Origin: Candidatus Obscuribacterales bacterium
GTDB lineage: Bacteria; Cyanobacteriota; Vampirovibrionia; Obscuribacterales; Obscuribacteraceae
NCBI GenBank assembly: GCA_965228855.1
Contig: CBDDIJ010000002.1
Span: forward strand, 832,001 to 896,000
Direction of reading: 5' to 3'
DNA: 64,000 nt
The position numbers were made by a program, and so were the translations under genes. Of this stretch, positions 1 to 10,329 are shown one piece after another. Under the pieces are notes generated by a model that worked only from the letters and a program-made list of their open reading frames with translations, searched no databases and had not been told where the DNA came from. Positions within the stretch are counted from its first letter, which is position 1; each line of letters opens with the position of its first letter.

Positions 1-729
1 GATATCGATGGGGACAAGTGTGGCGCCTCGATCGGACAGTGAGTCCCGCGCTCCGCCGTAGCCGGGATTCTCGACGATCACTCTATCTCCCGGGTCAATC
101 AGCACTTTCGCGATGTATGTGAGCGCTTGCTGCGATCCCTGAAATACGATCACCTGTTCCGGCTGACAGTTCAAACCCTTAGTACGAGCCAGATATGACG
201 CGATCTCGACTCGTAGTTTGTATTGACCGAGGGTCTCGGGCGCGGCGTCGAAGTGATGGGGAAGGAGCTGACGATACTGTTTCGTCAGAATCTCCTTCCA
301 CTGATTCATCGGGAGTTCATCGGACGGGGGAGCGCCGTAATTCAAGTCCTTGAGATTGCCGGCCAGACCGGTCGAAAGCGACATTTGCATGAGTTTTGCC
401 GCGTCGCTGGAAATTCTCGGTGGTGCCGATTGCGCTGCGCTGCGCTTCTGCACGATGTCCTTCTGGAAATTTCTTTCGAATTGACCGCGCTTACTCACGA
501 AAGTACTGCTGCCAGTTATCGATTCTAAGTAGCCCTGGGCGATCAGGTCTTCGTACGCTTTCACGACGGTACCACGGGCGATGCCGAGCGAATTGGCCAG
601 CTCGCGCGTGGCAGGTAGTGGCGCACCGGCTGGCAGGGTGCCGGCAATAATCCGCTCCTTCAAAGCTTTGGAAAGCTGTATGAAAAGGGGTTCTTGATTG
701 TCTTTATCGAGTGTGAGCGGGAATTCCAT
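1..729 (-). CDS. MocR/GabR-family transcriptional regulator (GntR wHTH + PLP aminotransferase-like domain), truncated at window edge
   Basis: Own translation from ATG 729: MEFPLTLDKDNQEPLFIQLSKALKERIIAGTLPAGAPLPATRELANSLGIARGTVVKAYEDLIAQGYL... then QVIVFQGSQQALTYIAKVLIDPGDRVIVENPGYGGA; frame open to base 1. Confidence 0.92.
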   Translation of the reverse strand, partial: MEFPLTLDKDNQEPLFIQLSKALKERIIAGTLPAGAPLPATRELANSLGIARGTVVKAYEDLIAQGYLESITGSSTFVSKRGQFERNFQKDIVQKRSAAQSAPPRISSDAAKLMQMSLSTGLAGNLKDLNYGAPPSDELPMNQWKEILTKQYRQLLPHHFDAAPETLGQYKLRVEIASYLARTKGLNCQPEQVIVFQGSQQALTYIAKVLIDPGDRVIVENPGYGGARDSLSDRGATLVPIDI

Positions 730-1043
730 GGACAAATTCTAAATCAGAACACGAGGACTTTTTGTCCTCAAAAGCATACCAATCAAACCAATTCTGCGCA
801 TACCAATTTAGTTGCGCACTCCTTGTTTCTTGCGATCGCTGCAAAAGGTTTCTCATCAAAGACAAAGCTGTGGTTTTAAACAGCAGCGCCTTTGTAGACT
901 TTGTTGTCAAACCTCTTGCTGCAATTTTTTAAACCCAAACGACTAACCATCGCTCTCGATCGTTGACGGCATTCGCTCGTGGAAGAAAAGATTCACCTTT
1001 TCAGACGAGTTGTACTCGACGGTCCTGACCATAGGAGAGTGTG

Positions 1044-1661
1044 ATGTACAAACGCATTTTATTTTCATTCTCTGCCCTGCTCTTCGCCGCCACCGCTGGC
1101 GGTGCTGCTCTCGCCGCTGAAGTTCCAGTCGCGTCTCCCGAGGCAAAACCGCTCACCGCACCCGTCTCCTTCGAGCTGAAGTCGGACCCCGCGTCTCTTT
1201 CCGAAGCGGTTTCGCCGGACTCGTTAGTGCTTCAATCCACGAACCAGCAGGATTCGTCGCCGGAAGAACTCGTTCGTCGAGCGCTTCGTGATTACGACCG
1301 TTCTGTCAAGGACGACCCGTTCGGCATCAAGCCGAAGCCGGTTTATGGTCCGTCGCAGAGCGTCAGTGGAAGTCCGAACCTGAGTCAGAAGCCGCTTCGT
1401 TTCGACCGAAAGGACAGCTATTCCTATTCGGATCCCGGCGACTTCAATCCGTACGATTCCGATCGGCTTTCCAATGATGCTCGGCGTCAAATCTCAACGC
1501 AGCGGCAGCGAACTGCTGACCGCATCGCCGACATGATCTCTCCGGGTTTCGGTCGCGCTGAGTTCCAACTTGGTGAGAATCACGTTCGTGTCGATTACAT
1601 CTACTCGCGGCGTTGCAAAACGCGGGGTGTGGGCGTCTGCTTTCAAATGACGTTCCGCTGA
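1044..1661 (+). CDS. secreted hypothetical protein
   Basis: AGGAG RBS 6 nt before ATG; signal peptide MYKRILFSFSALLFAATAGGAALA; no recognisable domain. Confidence 0.75.
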   Translation: MYKRILFSFSALLFAATAGGAALAAEVPVASPEAKPLTAPVSFELKSDPASLSEAVSPDSLVLQSTNQQDSSPEELVRRALRDYDRSVKDDPFGIKPKPVYGPSQSVSGSPNLSQKPLRFDRKDSYSYSDPGDFNPYDSDRLSNDARRQISTQRQRTADRIADMISPGFGRAEFQLGENHVRVDYIYSRRCKTRGVGVCFQMTFR

Positions 1662-1665
1662 AAAC

Positions 1666-1738
1666 AAGCTTGCGATGAGCGATTGCGACGACTATTCTGC
1701 ATTGCAGAGGTTTGTTGTCGTCGTCTCATCGCAAGCTT
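1666..1738. terminator. long stem-loop after the CDS (possible terminator or RNA-stabilising hairpin)
   Basis: Perfect 14-bp IR AAGCTTGCGATGAG/CTCATCGCAAGCTT with further inner pairing; no U-tract. Confidence 0.55.
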
Positions 1739-1755
1739 CGGTCTCAGCTGTATGC

Positions 1756-1907
1756 CTACTAGATGGATTGGTAGAAATTCAAGGGCGGGAAGGGAGTCGT
1801 AGTGATGCTTTTGGAGGAAGGCGTCCCTTAGTTCGGGCGTGAAAAAGCGAGTTTGGCTATCTGGCTATGACGGAATTCGAAAATTCCGGCGCTCTCTCGT
1901 AGCCAGA
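1756..1907. repeat. dispersed CTACTATA/palindrome element, partial copy (left terminus + palindrome)
   Basis: CTACTAGATG at 1756; palindrome TTTGGCTATCTGGCTATGACGGAATTCGAAAATTCCGGCGCTCTCTCGTAGCCAGA at 1852-1907; no right terminus found. Confidence 0.8.
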
Positions 1908-2291
1908 CGCCAGGCAGCTGAGTTGCGAAGTTATTTTTGAAACGGTTGTCGAGGCTTGGCTAGTCAAGTGTTGAGGCTCGTTCGGACTATGTCAGAGCTG
2001 TGCGAGGCTCTGCTGTTTTCTCAGTGACCCCAGACAGTCGGGATTAGCCGTCAAGCCAGCTGATGAGGCGTCTTATTTCTTTTAAAGAACGACAGTTTCG
2101 GAGAAGTAAAGAGAGAACCAAGATAAGAGCTCTTTGTAGCCTCATACAGACATACTTCTTCTTCCGTTTCGTAGATCTAGATCAACAGCCACAGTCAGAG
2201 CTCGCTCTCGTTTAACTCTCTACCACCAGGAGCCACTGGTGCGTCTCTCATCGCCCTGTCGCTGCGAGGCGCAGGTGAAAGGACGAGTACT

Positions 2292-2795
2292 ATGTCATCG
2301 GTACTAGTTTTGAACAGTTCTTCCGAGCCGTTGCACGTATGCGACTGGCGAAGAGCTGTCTCGCTGATTTGCAAAGGCAGAGCCCAGGTTGTAGAGCACA
2401 GCGACAGGCGCTTGCTGGCAGATGATTTCCCCTTACCGGTCGTCATCCGCCTGCATTCGCAGGTTTTTGTGCCTTACGCACCTCTCTCGGCCAGTCGCGG
2501 CAACATCCTCGCGCGCGACAAACACACCTGTCAGTATTGCGCCACCAAACGCGGCGAGATGACGCTCGACCACGTTGTTCCTCGCTCGCGTGGCGGTGGT
2601 TCAACCTGGGAGAATCTCGTTACCGCCTGCCAGAAGTGCAATGCACGCAAGGGAGACCGCAGCCTGAGCGAATCTGGCATGAAGTTGCTTTCCACGCCGG
2701 CGCGTCCTCGCGACCGGATGTCATTCCTGATCATGAAACACCGGTCGCAAAACCCGGCGTTCGAGAGCTGGTCGCGTTACCTCAAGGTTTCGTGA
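2292..2795 (+). CDS. HNH endonuclease (McrA-like)
   Basis: RDKHTCQYC...TLDHVVPRSRGGGSTWENLVTACQKCNARKG zinc-finger HNH motif. Confidence 0.93.
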   Translation: MSSVLVLNSSSEPLHVCDWRRAVSLICKGRAQVVEHSDRRLLADDFPLPVVIRLHSQVFVPYAPLSASRGNILARDKHTCQYCATKRGEMTLDHVVPRSRGGGSTWENLVTACQKCNARKGDRSLSESGMKLLSTPARPRDRMSFLIMKHRSQNPAFESWSRYLKVS

Positions 2796-2829
2796 TTCTC
2801 CTCGAAGAATAAACAGAAAGAGAAATCGC

Positions 2830-4437
2830 ATGAGCACAGAATCGAACCACGGAACGGCCAATCCGCTCCGCGAACTCTACGCCCCGCGTCAGCCGTTCAA
2901 CTCCGGCATGCTGCGCGTCTCCGAGCTCCACGAGATTTATTTCGAGGAAAGCGGCAATCCCAACGGAAAGCCGGTGGTCTTCGTCCATGGTGGTCCCGGT
3001 GGTGGCACTGACCCGAGTCAACGGGGCTTCTTCAACCCCGACATTTACCGCATCGTGCTATTCGACCAGCGCGGCTGCGGCAAGAGCCTGCCTTATGCGT
3101 CACTCGTCGACAACACGACCTGGGACCTGGTCGAGGATATGGAGAAGCTGCGCAAGCATCTCGGTATCGCTCGCTGGCAGGTCTTCGGCGGCTCGTGGGG
3201 CAGCACACTGGCGCTCGCGTATGCGGAAACGCATCCGGAGTTCGTCACCGAGCTCGTTCTGCGGGGCATCTTCCTGGTCCGCAAGCAGGAGATCGACTGG
3301 TTCTACCAGCGCGGCGCCAGCGCCATATACCCGGACGCCTGGGAGCATTATCTGAAGGCTATCCCGGCGTCGGAGCACGGCGACCTCGTCTCGGCTTATC
3401 ACAAGCGCCTGACGTCCGACGACCCGGCTGTGCGTCTCGCTGCTGCGAAGGCATGGAGCATCTGGGAAGGCAGCACCAGCAAGCTCTACACCGATCCGAA
3501 GTTCCTCTCACGCTACGCCGCCGACGATTTCGCCGTCGCGTTCGCCCGCATCGAATGCCACTACTTCGTCAACAAGGGCTTCATGCGCGAAGGTCAGCTG
3601 CTCGAAGACGTGCACAAGATCAGGCACATTCCGACCGTGATCGTCCAGGGACGCTATGACGTCGTCTGTCCGATCGAGTCGGCATGGGCGTTGCACCGCG
3701 CGTTCCCCGAAGCCCAGCTGGTGGTCGTCAACGACGCCGGTCACTCCGCCAAAGAGCCCGGCAATGCCTCGGCTTTGATCGAAGCGACCGACAGATTCGG
3801 TGCCAATTTCAATCCCGAGGCTGAAACCGTTGCCGCGGCGCCGGCAGTCGCCGGCACCGCTGGCGATACCACGCAGCGTTGTGTTTTCCTCGATCGCGAT
3901 GGCGTCATTAACGTCGGCATCAACGTCACGCAAGCGTCTGACTTCCAACTCATCCCAGGCTCAAAGGACGCGATTGCGAAACTGAAGCAAGCCGGCTTCA
4001 AAGTAGTGGTCGCGACCAACCAGGGCGGTCTTGGAGAAAACCTTGACGGGTCGATTCGCTGGAAGGCCCACCCACTTTCGCGCAAGGCGCTCGGCGAGAT
4101 TCACGCGCGCATGCTCGAGCTTCTCGGCGAGGAAGCCAAGCCGGATGCCATCAAGGTCTGTCCGCACTCCAAATCGGTGGACTGTCCGTGCCGCAAACCG
4201 GCTCCCGGTATGCTCACCGATGCCGCCGGAGAACTGAACATCGACCTGAAGCGTTCCTTCATGGTCGGCGACCGCGACACGGATGTGGCGACTGGTATCG
4301 CAGCTGGTGCGACCGGTATCCTGGTTCTCAGCGGACCCGACGGCGACAAGGCGAAGGACAAGGATCGGGTTCCCGACGGAACACCGGTCTTCCCGTCGCT
4401 CAAGGAAGCCGCCGACTGGATTCTGCTGCAGAACTAA
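2830..4437 (+). CDS. pip: prolyl aminopeptidase (S33) fused to a GmhB/HisB-type HAD phosphatase
   Basis: HGGPGGG, GGSWG nucleophile, GRYDVVCP, AGHS; after an Ala-rich linker FLDRDGVIN, ATNQ, CPH..CPCRKPAPGM, GDRDTD. Confidence 0.93.
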   Translation: MSTESNHGTANPLRELYAPRQPFNSGMLRVSELHEIYFEESGNPNGKPVVFVHGGPGGGTDPSQRGFFNPDIYRIVLFDQRGCGKSLPYASLVDNTTWDLVEDMEKLRKHLGIARWQVFGGSWGSTLALAYAETHPEFVTELVLRGIFLVRKQEIDWFYQRGASAIYPDAWEHYLKAIPASEHGDLVSAYHKRLTSDDPAVRLAAAKAWSIWEGSTSKLYTDPKFLSRYAADDFAVAFARIECHYFVNKGFMREGQLLEDVHKIRHIPTVIVQGRYDVVCPIESAWALHRAFPEAQLVVVNDAGHSAKEPGNASALIEATDRFGANFNPEAETVAAAPAVAGTAGDTTQRCVFLDRDGVINVGINVTQASDFQLIPGSKDAIAKLKQAGFKVVVATNQGGLGENLDGSIRWKAHPLSRKALGEIHARMLELLGEEAKPDAIKVCPHSKSVDCPCRKPAPGMLTDAAGELNIDLKRSFMVGDRDTDVATGIAAGATGILVLSGPDGDKAKDKDRVPDGTPVFPSLKEAADWILLQN

Positions 4438-4447
4438 GTTGGAAACG

Positions 4448-4484
4448 CTGGAGAAGTTGGCCCAAAGCCAACTTCTTCAGTTTT
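4448..4484 (+). terminator. intrinsic terminator
   Basis: CTGGAGAAGTTGGC-loop-GCCAACTTCTTCAG followed by TTTT, just after the pip stop. Confidence 0.7.
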
Positions 4485-4494
4485 CTGAAATTCG

Positions 4495-4717
4495 CTACTA
4501 TATAAGACAGGACAGGCAAAGCCTGCGATGGCCGACAACGTCAGGATCGCAGGCCCTGGAACGGCAAATCTCCTCTCGTTGTCTATCGCTCGATGACGAT
4601 TTTCAGTAAATCCGGCATCGAGCGATAGACAAAAGGGCCTGGCTCTGAACGGAAAACTTCAGACAGCGTCTCTGGTAGGCACTTTCGAGAATTTTCTTAT
4701 CTTATCCTGTATAGTAG
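4495..4717. repeat. dispersed CTACTATA/palindrome element, complete copy (223 bp)
   Basis: CTACTATA at 4495, TATAGTAG ending 4717 (imperfect 24-bp terminal IR); central palindrome 4579-4632 with perfect 17-bp stem TTGTCTATCGCTCGATG/CATCGAGCGATAGACAA. Confidence 0.88.
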
Positions 4718-4764
4718 TAAAATCGCTTGTCCTGTCGAGTCGATTAGCGAGGATCGGGGGCGGG

Positions 4765-5595
4765 TTAGCCGATTTCGATCAGTTCCGTTTCCGAATAAAA
4801 ATATTGTTTCGGGGAGATTGGATGCGGCGAGGATTTGAACATCTCTTGCACGAACGTTCTCATCTTAACGAGGTCTTCTTGCGAATCTTCGCCGCAAATT
4901 ACCAGGATGTCCCTTGCGGGCACCGAGATTATCGGGCTGCCCTTGACCATGTCGGTCATGTTTCTCATGAACTTTCGGTTCAGCAGTAGTCCCGATTCGA
5001 AATCGCGTCCTGAAGCCAGAACCCAGAGAGTCGGTCCGCCCTTTAGAGATATTTCGCCACCCAAAAGGTCTTTCAAGTTTTGAACGGCTTTCTCGCGCAA
5101 GTCGCTGTCATCGAGGGGAACGCTTGAGCGACCTTCCGGAGACAAATAGCCGACGGCGGCTCGCGAGTTTATACCATAAACCATTGAAAGGTCCGCACCA
5201 AGCGATTCTCGAACAAGTTTTTGCCCGATCTTCTCCTCTATCTGGTCAACTTCTTCAGTTCTTCGAATCAACGGGATCAAGTTGTTTTCTACGTCTTGCG
5301 AGGACAGGGAAGTTAGTTTGGTTGAATCGCGCATTGTTGTAATTTGCGGTTCGATGAACGCGAGTCGCTTGCCAGGCTGATCTTTGCAAGCTTTCCAAAC
5401 ATTTTCCAGGTTTAACTGCGCTGTAAGCGTTTCGCCGGACTGCGATGGGATTTGAGCCTCGATGCGGAGCGCGCTAACCACGTTCGCCAGTGCGCCCGCG
5501 ACTGATGACTGAATCAGGTTTGCGTAGATGTTCGTGAAAGTCTCATCGTCCAGATCGGACGATTCGAGCTTATCGAAATCAGGTTCCAGATTCAT
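4765..5595 (-). CDS. DUF1444/YtpQ-like protein
   Basis: C-terminal DFESGLLL...PIISVPARDILVICG...PHPISPK pattern resembles DUF1444. Confidence 0.65.
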   Translation of the reverse strand: MNLEPDFDKLESSDLDDETFTNIYANLIQSSVAGALANVVSALRIEAQIPSQSGETLTAQLNLENVWKACKDQPGKRLAFIEPQITTMRDSTKLTSLSSQDVENNLIPLIRRTEEVDQIEEKIGQKLVRESLGADLSMVYGINSRAAVGYLSPEGRSSVPLDDSDLREKAVQNLKDLLGGEISLKGGPTLWVLASGRDFESGLLLNRKFMRNMTDMVKGSPIISVPARDILVICGEDSQEDLVKMRTFVQEMFKSSPHPISPKQYFYSETELIEIG

Positions 5596-5614
5596 TTTCG
5601 TCCTCGATAGTGGC

Positions 5615-6949
5615 CTACGGTTGATAGAGTTGTTGATCTTCCGGAATATTCAACGCACGCCAGGTTCCGGTAATGACTGGAACTCCTGGTCCGTGAATGC
5701 GGTCGGCTTCTTGCGCTCTGCCTGTGCTTCTGAGCAAGTTTGCCAGACTGCGTCCTAAACCTTTTGTTTCCGGATGATCGGGTCCGAGCGTCTTTTGTCT
5801 GATGCTGAGCGCTTGTCTGTAAAGCGGTTCTGCATCTTTGAATCGAACCTGGATATGATATAGAGTTCCAAGGTTGTGCAGAGCAGTCGCATAATCCGGA
5901 TGCTCGGTCCCAAAGATTTTGGCGTAAATTTCCACGCATTTTTTTGTGAGCGGTTCTGCTTCATTGAAACGGTTGAGCTGGTAGTAGAGCCGAGCCAGAT
6001 TGTTCAGCGAACGAGCAACTACGATGTGTTGGGCGCCCAGGTGTTTGACTTTGATGTCGATAGCTCGCCTGTAAAATTGCTCCGCTGCGTCGTGACGCTC
6101 TTGCGCGCAAAGCGAATCTGCGAAGCTGTCCAATGCGTATGCCAGTCGCCTGGGATCTTCGTTGGCAAACGGTTCGAAATAGCGAACGGTCGCTGCCCAG
6201 ATCGCTTCGGCATCGGAGAGACGACGTTCATTGTCCGCTATCTCTGCCATTCTTCGTAGGTTTTCCCAGCGGGCAACGGCCAGCCCAAGCGGCTCACGAA
6301 CTGGTTTCACTGGTGGTGGCAGTGGAATTGGCGGCGAAACGTTCTCGCTCGTTCCGCGCTGTTCCCCGCGCCGTCCAGGAGGCGGTGGCGGTGGAGGAGG
6401 GGGAGGAGGAGGTGGTGGTGGCGGCGGAGGCGCAGGCTCCTCGGCTTTCGTCTTGGCCCAGTTCTTTGCGGTTATCAAAACTTCGCCGGATTTTAGTTTT
6501 TCAGCGTCTTCCACGCGCCCGCAAGCCCGAAGCAAATTTGAATAGTTGCCTAGCAGTTTCGCTATATCCGGATGATCCTTGCCGAGCCGGCGCGTTTTTA
6601 TGTCTAAAGCCTGCTGGTAGAACTCTTCGGCTTCCGGATATTTTTCTTGAACATGCAAAAGCATAGCCAGGTTGGTCGCTATCACTCCGACGTCGTACTG
6701 GTCTTCGCCGAAAATTTCGGAATAAATCGCATGAAGCTGCCGGCAACAGTTCGTCGCGTCTGCGAAGCGACCCAGGTGCCAGTAAACTTCGGAAAGTCCC
6801 TCGAGAGTGAGCGCCGTACGCCGGTCCGTGCGGTCAAAACGCTCAGCTTCTTTGAGTGCCTCCTTCCAGGCAAGCTCGGCGTCTTGCAGCCGTTTTTGTT
6901 GCTGTGCTTCTTCCGCCTTGGATCTTAATGCGTCCCAAATCTCAGACAC
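5615..6949 (-). CDS. TPR protein (kinesin-light-chain-type repeats) with central poly-proline linker
   Basis: Repeated SLNNLA..Y..Q..F.EAEPL...A..I....LG.DHP units in two blocks separated by a long poly-Pro run. Confidence 0.9.
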   Translation of the reverse strand: MSEIWDALRSKAEEAQQQKRLQDAELAWKEALKEAERFDRTDRRTALTLEGLSEVYWHLGRFADATNCCRQLHAIYSEIFGEDQYDVGVIATNLAMLLHVQEKYPEAEEFYQQALDIKTRRLGKDHPDIAKLLGNYSNLLRACGRVEDAEKLKSGEVLITAKNWAKTKAEEPAPPPPPPPPPPPPPPPPPPGRRGEQRGTSENVSPPIPLPPPVKPVREPLGLAVARWENLRRMAEIADNERRLSDAEAIWAATVRYFEPFANEDPRRLAYALDSFADSLCAQERHDAAEQFYRRAIDIKVKHLGAQHIVVARSLNNLARLYYQLNRFNEAEPLTKKCVEIYAKIFGTEHPDYATALHNLGTLYHIQVRFKDAEPLYRQALSIRQKTLGPDHPETKGLGRSLANLLRSTGRAQEADRIHGPGVPVITGTWRALNIPEDQQLYQP

Positions 6950-7092
6950 GTTTACGCCCCTTCAACTCTCTCAAGCACATTATGACAGGGGTTGCGTGTC
7001 GTTTGAAAAGGTTTCGCGTTTGAATTGGCGAAGTCAAGCGCCGTCGCCGCTCTGGGGTTGATATGATTCTGAAATCAATTGAGGTCTAGTAA

Positions 7093-7419
7093 ATGGCGAC
7101 AGAAACCGCAGTACCAGTCACAGCAGAAAACTTTCACAAGCTTCCGCGCGGCTCACAACTTCTCATTGCGTACGCATTGTTTAACGACATGTGGAACATC
7201 CAACTGTTGAGAACCGACCGCGACATACTCGCTCTGGTTAATTCCGGTTGGCTTGTGGCGAAGCCAAGTAGCGCGCACGGATTTGTCAACGGCCTCTTCG
7301 AAGACGCTACCTGGGCGGCCTTTGAAACGTTCGAAGATAAGATCCTTGGCAGCGTTACCGATGTTGAGATGGAGCGCTTTGTCGCTAGAAAAGGCAAAGA
7401 GTATCCCTGGCTTTGGTAA
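7093..7419 (+). CDS. hypothetical protein
   Basis: 108-aa ORF with GAGG RBS and plausible globular composition. Confidence 0.65.
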   Translation: MATETAVPVTAENFHKLPRGSQLLIAYALFNDMWNIQLLRTDRDILALVNSGWLVAKPSSAHGFVNGLFEDATWAAFETFEDKILGSVTDVEMERFVARKGKEYPWLW

Positions 7420-7835
7420 ACTTCTGGAGCGAAACCAATTGCGCTCACCGGTCTGTGGTATCGCTGGTGGTGCGCCATTGTCAGGTGGAAAGGCGATATT
7501 TGTTTTCACTTGAAACAGTTAATTTAAATTCGACTGCTTTTCCGATATATTGTTGAGATACACGACATTGATTTTGAAGTGGAGTTTGGTTCGAATGACG
7601 CCCATCAGTAGCGCCGACAAAGTATGGTTCCTCCTCGGACTCGTTTTCCTGGTCTGGGTTTTGGCTGCCAGCGCGCACCACTTCGCCCAATAGGCGATCT
7701 TTCAAGTTTAGATTTCCAAGCCGCTTGATTGGCGGCTTTTCGTTTGGATTGAAGATACTATATGATGTCACTGGTTTTGGTTGAAAACGAAATCACCCAG
7801 CCGGGGCGGGGTGATTCCGTCTCTCCTCAGACGGG

Positions 7836-8048
7836 CTACTGCTGTTTCGTAATTGGAATGGCCTGAGACGCGGCGATTAAGCCGGCCATGGGCACGTTCA
7901 ATATCAACAAAACCGGATAGAGTTCACGAACCGCAGTCCAGCCGATTGTCAGCGTTATGAAGAAACCGATTAGAAGTAACATCACGACGTAGGCGGGCAG
8001 GAAATAAAACGCGAACCAGTGAGTCAGTGCGCTCAGCGCTTTGAGCAT
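7836..8048 (-). CDS. small two-TM membrane protein
   Basis: AGGAGGAG RBS before ATG 8048; MLKALSALTHWFAFYFLPAYVVMLLLIGFF hydrophobic. Confidence 0.65.
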   Translation of the reverse strand: MLKALSALTHWFAFYFLPAYVVMLLLIGFFITLTIGWTAVRELYPVLLILNVPMAGLIAASQAIPITKQQ

Positions 8049-8174
8049 GGTCTCCTCCTGTTGAGACAGAAGCGGTGCCGACGCGCGCCGGCACCGCTCT
8101 GTGGTCAAAGTGGGCTTGTGGGGTGGATTAAACAGTCACGCCTTAAGAAGCAAAACCGTCCGGCGCTGCAGTGG

Positions 8175-8387
8175 TTAACCGGCGGGCAAGCTGGAAATCT
8201 TGAGCGGTTCCGGTTGCACCATGATTCCGCGCTTGAGCGGCGAATCGGTGTTCAGGCTGTCGCCATGCGAGTCCGTTGGAGCGGGCGTCGGCATGGTTGC
8301 CGTCTTGTGTTTCGGTTTGGCGGCATGGTAAGCGCCGATCACGGCGAAGGCGAACAGGGCGCAGGCGAGCCATCGCGACATACTCAT
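8175..8387 (-). CDS. small exported or membrane-anchored protein
   Basis: 70 aa, N-terminal hydrophobic segment, AAGGA RBS. Confidence 0.5.
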   Translation of the reverse strand: MSMSRWLACALFAFAVIGAYHAAKPKHKTATMPTPAPTDSHGDSLNTDSPLKRGIMVQPEPLKISSLPAG

Positions 8388-8949
8388 AGAAGTCCTTGGG
8401 TTGGGGTAGTTGTATCAGGTGTCACCGCACTTGATACCGTCGTTTTGTTTCCGCGCATTCTCGGAACAACGACCAGAGCCGCTTGATACTGCCGACGCTC
8501 GGTCGACAGTTTATCTTGTTGGTGAAGTTCAGTTGATGGTTCTAGCGGTTTGGTCCAGGCGTTGATTGACGAGAATGTGCCTAAAGTTATCGATTTAACT
8601 GAAGTCGATCAACGAATGTTGAACAAGTAAGAAGCGCAATCAGTTTCACTCAAAACTGCGTAGAATGGCTTGTAATGTAGAACTACAGGGACGTGCGGAA
8701 CTTCTGGTATGAAAACTTTGCCTTGCGTGCGCTTATGAATTGATATTGCAAGGTGGCGTTTGTCCGCGGACTTCAGAGGTATCGGTTGTGTCGGGACTGT
8801 CTCGTTTTGGTCCGAATGCACCAGGGTATACTATCTGATGTCGTGAATGAGAGTGTAAGTTGGAATGCGCAGAAGGTTTATCACCAACCGCGCATTCCGA
8901 ACCCCTCAACGAGCCGCTTGACACTCTTGCCTTGCGACCGTTTCAGTGA

Positions 8950-10329
8950 TCACTTGTCCTTGTCGTTCGCCTCCGATTCATCGCTCACGCCGCGCAGGAG
9001 CGGCAAGAGGAAGATGCATGCGGCGGTGAAAGCGGCCGACACAAAAATCAGCGGTGTCAGCGTGTTGGCGAAAACACTCACGTACAGCTTCGCGCCGACG
9101 ATTGCGCTAACCTGAGTGGACGCGTTGTACACCGACATGAGCGCTGCGAACGTGAAGCCTTCCGACTCCTCCGGGCAGGCCCGAGCGGCGACCGTAAGCA
9201 CCGTCAGAACAGCAATCATACCTGTCACGCCGAAGACCAGGTTGAGCGCGATAGCAATCGCCTGGGCGTGAGGCGTGGGCGCAATCAGCGACAGGTACGC
9301 GAGCGTACCGATCACGCCGGTGACGACACAGAAGATGAGCTGGAACTTGAAGGTCTTCTTTGCGAAGTACTTGCCATACACGAGCGAGCCGATGACGGAC
9401 CCGACCGCGCTAACCGCACCGAGTTGACCGATGAAGTCCTGCGAGAACTTCAGCGTGTCGACCATGTGGTAATAGAACGGGGTTCCGAAGCTCGGGCTGA
9501 ACTGGAACAGCGCGATGAACGCGGCGACCAGCCACAACGTCTTCGTGCGAAGCGCAAACAACGCAACGAGGAACGGCAGCGCCCAGATCGCGGTTTGTCC
9601 GAGGTAGACGAAACCGGCAATCATGCCTGCCGCGCCAAGCACCAGATACAGTGGCTTGACGCGCGACAGCGGCTTCACGAAAGTCTGTTTCAGACCCGCG
9701 AAATTCGCAGTCGCCTTTTCTTCTTTGATAATGAACCAGCTGGCCACCATGACTGACAGCGGCGCCAGGAAGGTAATCATCGCCGAGATTGAAAGCGCCT
9801 TTGTCGGCGTGAAGGTGCTGCAGAGGTAGCCGCCCATCAGCGATGTTGCGATGGCGGCCACGTAGAACCAGAACCACTGTACGCTCTGGAAGCGTCCGGT
9901 GGCGTTGAGAGCCTTGCCCTTTTCGACCATGAGCGCGTCGACGATGACGTCCGACGCGGCTGTGCCGAACGCCGTGAGCATCATCGCGGTAACGATCATG
10001 GCAGGTGCCGTCAGCCCGGAGAGCCAGAGGAAGCCGAGGGCGGCGAGACCATTCATAGCCATCAGCCAGGTCTTGCGGCGGTAGCCCAGCAGCGGGACGT
10101 AGTCGCTGAGCAAGCCGTAGAGCGGTTTGATGATCCAGGGGAAGGTAAGAATCGACAGATATTCAGTGACCTGTGCGGGGTCGAGACCAAGCGCTTCTTT
10201 GAAGAAGAACTGCATCGGCTGGCTAACCAGACCGCTTGCCTGTCCGAGCCCCTGCATGAAATACACAAGTCCAAAGTAAACAAGCATCAGGCCGATGCCG
10301 CGGCCTTTCTCATTGTTGGGCGAGCCCAT
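8950..10329 (-). CDS. MFS transporter, BT1/folate-biopterin transporter family
   Basis: PWIIKPLYGLLSDYVPLLGYRRK and DVIVDALMVE signatures; about 12 TM segments; ATG 10329 with GAAAGG RBS. Confidence 0.9.
   Translation of the reverse strand: MGSPNNEKGRGIGLMLVYFGLVYFMQGLGQASGLVSQPMQFFFKEALGLDPAQVTEYLSILTFPWIIKPLYGLLSDYVPLLGYRRKTWLMAMNGLAALGFLWLSGLTAPAMIVTAMMLTAFGTAASDVIVDALMVEKGKALNATGRFQSVQWFWFYVAAIATSLMGGYLCSTFTPTKALSISAMITFLAPLSVMVASWFIIKEEKATANFAGLKQTFVKPLSRVKPLYLVLGAAGMIAGFVYLGQTAIWALPFLVALFALRTKTLWLVAAFIALFQFSPSFGTPFYYHMVDTLKFSQDFIGQLGAVSAVGSVIGSLVYGKYFAKKTFKFQLIFCVVTGVIGTLAYLSLIAPTPHAQAIAIALNLVFGVTGMIAVLTVLTVAARACPEESEGFTFAALMSVYNASTQVSAIVGAKLYVSVFANTLTPLIFVSAAFTAACIFLLPLLRGVSDESEANDKDK

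Noticed and set aside
2292..2795. HNH gene as an IscB/HEARO-type RNA-guided nuclease
   Set aside because: Only 167 aa, with no PLMP or RuvC motifs; matches the common stand-alone McrA-like HNH.
4579..4632. Palindromes as integron attC sites
   Set aside because: They lack RYYYAAC...GTTRRRY ends, occur in both orientations, and no integron integrase is present.
7481..7771. 96-aa minus-strand ORF
   Set aside because: No clear RBS or domain; cannot be supported as a gene.
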